A stretch of 64,000 bases of DNA, taken from positions 3,879,923 through 3,943,922 of the forward strand of contig OY759598.1 of assembly GCA_963662435.1 (NCBI GenBank). The letters run 5' to 3'. Origin of the DNA: Dehalococcoidia bacterium (GTDB lineage Bacteria > Chloroflexota > Dehalococcoidia > Lucifugimonadales > VXLM01). The position numbers and the translations under genes are program-made. Position 1 is the stretch's first letter, and each line of letters opens with the position of its first letter. This document shows positions 62,101 through 64,000 of this stretch, piece after piece. Below the pieces are notes generated by a model. That model was not told where the DNA came from. It did not search any database and worked only from the letters and a program-made list of their open reading frames with translations.

Positions 62101-64000
62101 GCCCTCGTCGGCCCCCTCCACGCTGGACACCGTGGCGTTGGTCGCCCCGCTCAGGGTGACGGTGACGGTCTCGTTCAGCTCGTCCACCACGTCGCCCTTC
62201 ACCGGTATCAGGATGTTGGCCGTCCGCGTCCCCGCCGCTATCGCCACGCTCTTGGTCGCCGGGTCCGTGTAGTCCTCGTCCGCCGTGGCCGTCCCGCCCA
62301 GCGTGTAGGTCACCGTCACCTTCTGGCCGCTCACCGCCGACAGCGTCACCGGGAAGCTCAGGTTCACCGTGGTCTCCGGGTCGTCACCCTCCACCACCGC
62401 CGCCGCGTCCCCCACCGACACCGTCGGCGCACCGTCGTTGTCCGTGATCGTGCCCGTGGCCTCGTCTTTCCCTGAGGCCAGCGCCGCGTTGGTGGGTTCC
62501 GACAGCTCCAGAAGGAAGGTCTCGGCGGGCTCGTCCAGGCTGTCCTGGGTCGTCTGCACCGTCACCACGACGCTGGACGCCCCCGCCGCGATGGTCGCCG
62601 TCGCCGCCGGGCTCACCGCCGTGTAGTCCGCGGCCCCGGCCGGATGGGTCCCGCCCGCGTCGGCGGCCGTGCTCCACTTCACCGTCACCGTCCGGTCCGA
62701 CACCGGGTCCAGGCCGATCGTGAAGCTCACCAGGCCACCCTCGACGGCGCTCCCGTCGGCCACCGACAGCTCCGCCGCGTCGTCGTCGCTGATCGTCCCC
62801 TCGCCCTCGTCGGCCCCCTCCACGCTGGAGACGGCGGCGTTGGTCGCCCCGCTCAGGGTGACGGTGACGGTCTCGTTCAGCTCGTCCACCACGTCGCCCT
62901 TCACCGGTATCAGGATGTTGGCCGTCCGCGTCCCCGCCGCTATCGCCACGCTCTTGGTCGCCGGGTCCGTGTAGTCCTCGTCCGCCGTGGCCGTCCCGCC
63001 CAGCGTGTAGGTCACCGTCACCTTCTGGCCGCTCACCGCCGACAGCGTCACCGGGAAGCTCAGGTTCACCGTGGTCTCCGGGTCGTCACCCTCCACCACC
63101 GCCGCCGCGTCCCCCACCGACACCGTCGGCGCACCGTCGTTGTCCGTGATCGTGCCCGTGGCCTCGTCTTTCCCTGAGGCCAGCGCCGCGTTGGTGGGTT
63201 CCGACAGCTCCAGAAGGAAGGTCTCGGCGGGCTCGTCCAGGCTGTCCTGGGTCGTCTGCACCGTCACCACGACGCTGGACGCCCCCGCCGCGATGGTCGC
63301 CGTCGCCGCCGGGCTCACCGCCGTGTAGTCCGCGGCCCCGGCCGGATGGGTCCCGCCCGCGTCGGCGGCCGTGCTCCACTTCACCGTCACCGTCCGGTCC
63401 GACACCGGGTCCAGGCCGATCGTGAAGCTCACCGCGCCGCCCTCGGCGATGCTCCCGCCGGCCACCGACAGCTCCGCCGCGTCGTCGTCGGTGATCGTCC
63501 CCTCGCCCTCGTCGGCCCCCTCCACGCTGGAGACGGCGGCGTTGGTCGCCCCGCTCAGGGTGACGGTGACGGTCTCGTTCAGCTCGTCCACCACGTCGCC
63601 CTTCACCGGTATCAGGATGTTGGCCGTCCGCGTCCCCGCCGCTATCGCCACGCTCTTGGTCGCCGGGTCCGTGTAGTCCTCGTCCGCCGTGGCCGTCCCG
63701 CCCAGCGTGTAGGTCACCGTCACCTTCTGGCCGCTCACCGCCGACAGCGTCACCGGGAAGCTCAGGTTCACCGTGGTCTCCGGGTCGTCACCCTCCACCA
63801 CCGCCGCCGCGTCCCCCACCGACACCGTCGGCGCACCGTCGTTGTCCGTGATCGTGCCCGTGGCCTCGTCTTTCCCTGAGGCCAGCGCCGCGTTGGTGGG
63901 TTCCGACAGCTCCAGAAGGAAGGTCTCGGCGGGCTCGTCCAGGCTGTCCTGGGTCGTCTGCACCGTCACCACGACGCTGGACGCCCCCGCCGCGATGGTC
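56173..64000 (-). CDS. giant Calx-beta repeat protein, at least 2608 aa in the window (5' end beyond the right edge)
   Basis: Open frame to the window end. It holds dozens of Calx-beta units (..VTVTYTLGGTATADEDYTDP...VAIAAGTRTANILIPVKGDVVDELNETVTVTL..). Confidence 0.88.
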   Translation of the reverse strand, partial: TIAAGASSVVVTVQTTQDSLDEPAETFLLELSEPTNAALASGKDEATGTITDNDGAPTVSVGDAAAVVEGDDPETTVNLSFPVTLSAVSGQKVTVTYTLGGTATADEDYTDPATKSVAIAAGTRTANILIPVKGDVVDELNETVTVTLSGATNAAVSSVEGADEGEGTITDDDAAELSVAGGSIAEGGAVSFTIGLDPVSDRTVTVKWSTAADAGGTHPAGAADYTAVSPAATATIAAGASSVVVTVQTTQDSLDEPAETFLLELSEPTNAALASGKDEATGTITDNDGAPTVSVGDAAAVVEGDDPETTVNLSFPVTLSAVSGQKVTVTYTLGGTATADEDYTDPATKSVAIAAGTRTANILIPVKGDVVDELNETVTVTLSGATNAAVSSVEGADEGEGTISDDDAAELSVADGSAVEGGLVSFTIGLDPVSDRTVTVKWSTAADAGGTHPAGAADYTAVSPAATATIAAGASSVVVTVQTTQDSLDEPAETFLLELSEPTNAALASGKDEATGTITDNDGAPTVSVGDAAAVVEGDDPETTVNLSFPVTLSAVSGQKVTVTYTLGGTATADEDYTDPATKSVAIAAGTRTANILIPVKGDVVDELNETVTVTLSGATNATVSSVEGADEGEGTITDDDAAELSVAGGSIAEGGAVSFTIGLDPVSDRTVTVKWSTAADAGGTHPAGAADYTAVSPAATATIAAGASSVVVTVQTTQDSLDEPAETFLLELSEPTNAALASGKDEATGTITDNDGAPKKAIIVPSPGSLTEVVENVAIAPTMTFTVSLGGTTFSTDQTVTMSVGQDGDPAESGVDYTAVSDWTLTIPAGTNNVQGSFTLDPIDDALDEADETLTLTATLSGVNIPDLTFTITDDDGAPTVSVGDAAAALEGDDPETTVNLSFPVTLSAASGQKVTVTYTLGGTATADEDYTDPATKSVAIAAGTRTANILIPVKGDVVDELNETVTVTLGGAVNASLSSVEGATEGEGTITDDDAAELSVADGSGAEGSAVSFVISLDPVSDREVTVKWSTANDAGGTHPAGATDYTAVSTAQTATIAAGSSSVTVTVQSTQDTLDEPDETFLLELSSPVNATLASGKDEATGTIIDDDNAPEVSITPGSGITEGEAAEFTVTASPVPTAPLLVKVKITASGYFGAATGSRTVTIPTGGSATFTVSTVNDTLDEIDGSITGTLQGGSGYTVSSTQGSATVTVADDDEPVPAEATVSFERASYTFNEDSNSAFIKVIMDRPLTSAIVVQFQANFATDDKATVTVQTTQGTLDKTSEATVSVGNAAAVTEGNDPDTIVDLSFPVTLSAVSGQTVTVTYTLGGTATAGSDYTVPSPLSLSIPAGTRTANIVIPVRGDLVDELNETVTVTLSGVVNATLSTVEGATEAEGTIADDDGDVEIYIADYTRGELGPRDIIFAPGETIREIMLDLVDNDIVEPDETFTISLSVVSGPVATGAPTTVTLTDDDQAVIRIDPHDSAHPLTEQVEEGGQGTIWIQMNKPHQEDVTMDCVVRGTATPGEDYVTLHHRVTIPAGSETLAVTLNTIDDNLVEGMETFIFIIANPIGSGVSIDPEQSEHTVNIMDNDDSPATPEISITAGSGITEGGDAEFTVKASPAPGAALPVKVTVVATSGFGAAGTGQRTVTIPTSGSATFTVSTVNDAVDELDGSITGTLQAGSAYRVSSTQGSATVTVADDDEPVPAEATVSFERASYTLDEDDSVLHIKVLMDKAITSKALIWLRIHSTDSDAGHGEDAYIYPSDQYFNFAPGETSREVAVYPVDNDMVEPEETFTISITVVSGPVDTGPPTTVTLTDDDAGVIFIDPQNKTRQVEEGERGIIGIYMSKENKEDVTVDLVVGGTATSGEDYVALPRRTTIPAGATYLNVSVDTIDDDLGEGMETIEFSLANPVGNSVSLEPNLSDHTMKILDNDPFAPEASVVALTDSIIEGEVAYFKITLDPAPIVSFPVSITTVHSNNYETRTSSKIVDVPASGVVRYEWQPWDDDDHETGETLEMRLNPDATYTVSSTQGSATVNMVDNDLPKPVVSITGGGDITEGGDATFTIAASPAHPDAPSGDLSVNLSITVIGAYEITTESETVTVSPGGSVTLTIATTDDATEEADGEVTATLIWGDGHTVSSAQGSATVNVIDNDWPKQVVSITGGSDIAEGGDAEFTITAGAAHPDAPSADLSVNVSIEVTGDYGVTTESETVTVSPGGSVTLTIATTDDATEEADGEVTATLIWGDGYTVSSTQGSATINVVDDDLPKPVVSITGGSSVTEGAAAEFTITAGAAHPDAPSADLSVNVSIEVTGDYGVTTESETVTVSPGGSATLTIATTGDTLDELDGSITATLESGEGYTVSSTQGSATINVVDDDLPKPVVSITGGSSVTEGAAAEFTITAGAAHPDAPSADLSVNVSIEVAGDYGVATESETVTVSPGGSATLTIATTGDTLDELDGSITASLETGEGYTVSSTQGSATVNVVDDDASPTVSVEDASGFEDSFLEFRVTLSEVSGREVQVSWYTLPSYEILDNRAHMTDYDAVSGRLVFAPGVTVMTGKVNLRQDTEDEEDEYFTVWLENPEGATIAREKATMTIMDPN
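56515..57860 (-). repeat. 4 x 336-bp tandem coding repeat (112-aa domain unit)
   Basis: Antisense ORFs at 57047, 57383 and 57719 are offset by 336 bp. The protein unit is VVSITGG..TEG.AAEFTITAGAAHPDAPSADLSVNVSIEV.GDYGV.TESETVTVSPGGS.TLTIATT.D...E.DG..TA.L..G.GYTVSSTQGSAT.NVVDDD. Confidence 0.8.
61720..64000 (-). repeat. at least 3.25 copies of a near-identical 702-bp tandem coding repeat (two Calx-beta domains per unit), continuing off the window
   Basis: Antisense ORFs at 61942, 62644 and 63346 are virtually identical and offset by exactly 702 bp. A diverged copy lies at about 60.68-61.38 kb. Confidence 0.9.

Noticed and set aside
56515-64000. Regular tandem repeats as a possible CRISPR array.
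   Set aside because: The periods are 336 and 702 bp with no unique spacers. The repeats lie in one long open reading frame encoding protein domains.
56173-64000. Diversity-generating retroelement acting on the clustered differences between repeat units.
   Set aside because: No reverse transcriptase, template repeat or adenine-specific substitution pattern is visible in the window.

Overview
High-GC bacterial chromosomal window. The gene content looks Chloroflexota- or Actinomycetota-like, but the taxon cannot be fixed from sequence alone. Most genes are on the minus strand.

Core blocks:
- nadA-miaB (0-1.7 kb).
- A five-gene membrane/secreted block of unknown function (3.1-6.1 kb).
- A hopanoid cluster, hpnH-orf118-hpnG-hpnA-shc (6.4-11.6 kb).
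- A polyamine cluster, speH-speE-[gnd-like pseudogene]-speH paralog-speB (27.0-30.4 kb).
- An MscS channel.
- A vWA / PP2C / Ser-Thr kinase triad (34.0-36.9 kb).
- An amino-acid-type substrate-binding protein.
- A family of Cys-rich secreted lipoproteins, paired with GYD-domain genes.
- Two giant Calx-beta repeat proteins (46.8-51.6 kb, and 56.2 kb to beyond 64.0 kb) with long near-identical tandem coding repeats.

Accessory DNA:
- A decayed island at about 11.6-27 kb. It holds one intact IS4-family element, IS1182- and IS1380-family transposase pseudogenes, and fragments of integrase, helicase and restriction genes. It also holds a fused histidine kinase/response regulator and TA modules.
- A second 5.3-kb patch of defence/TA debris (40.3-45.6 kb), bracketed by a 0.96-kb direct duplication.

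TA-like modules: two intact vapBC, one degraded vapBC, one higBA, and two copies of a small-protein + retropepsin-like protease cassette.

A roughly 0.3-kb non-coding repeat family occurs at least five times. I found no rRNA, tRNA or CRISPR array.

All family names come from motif recognition by eye and need HMM or BLAST confirmation.
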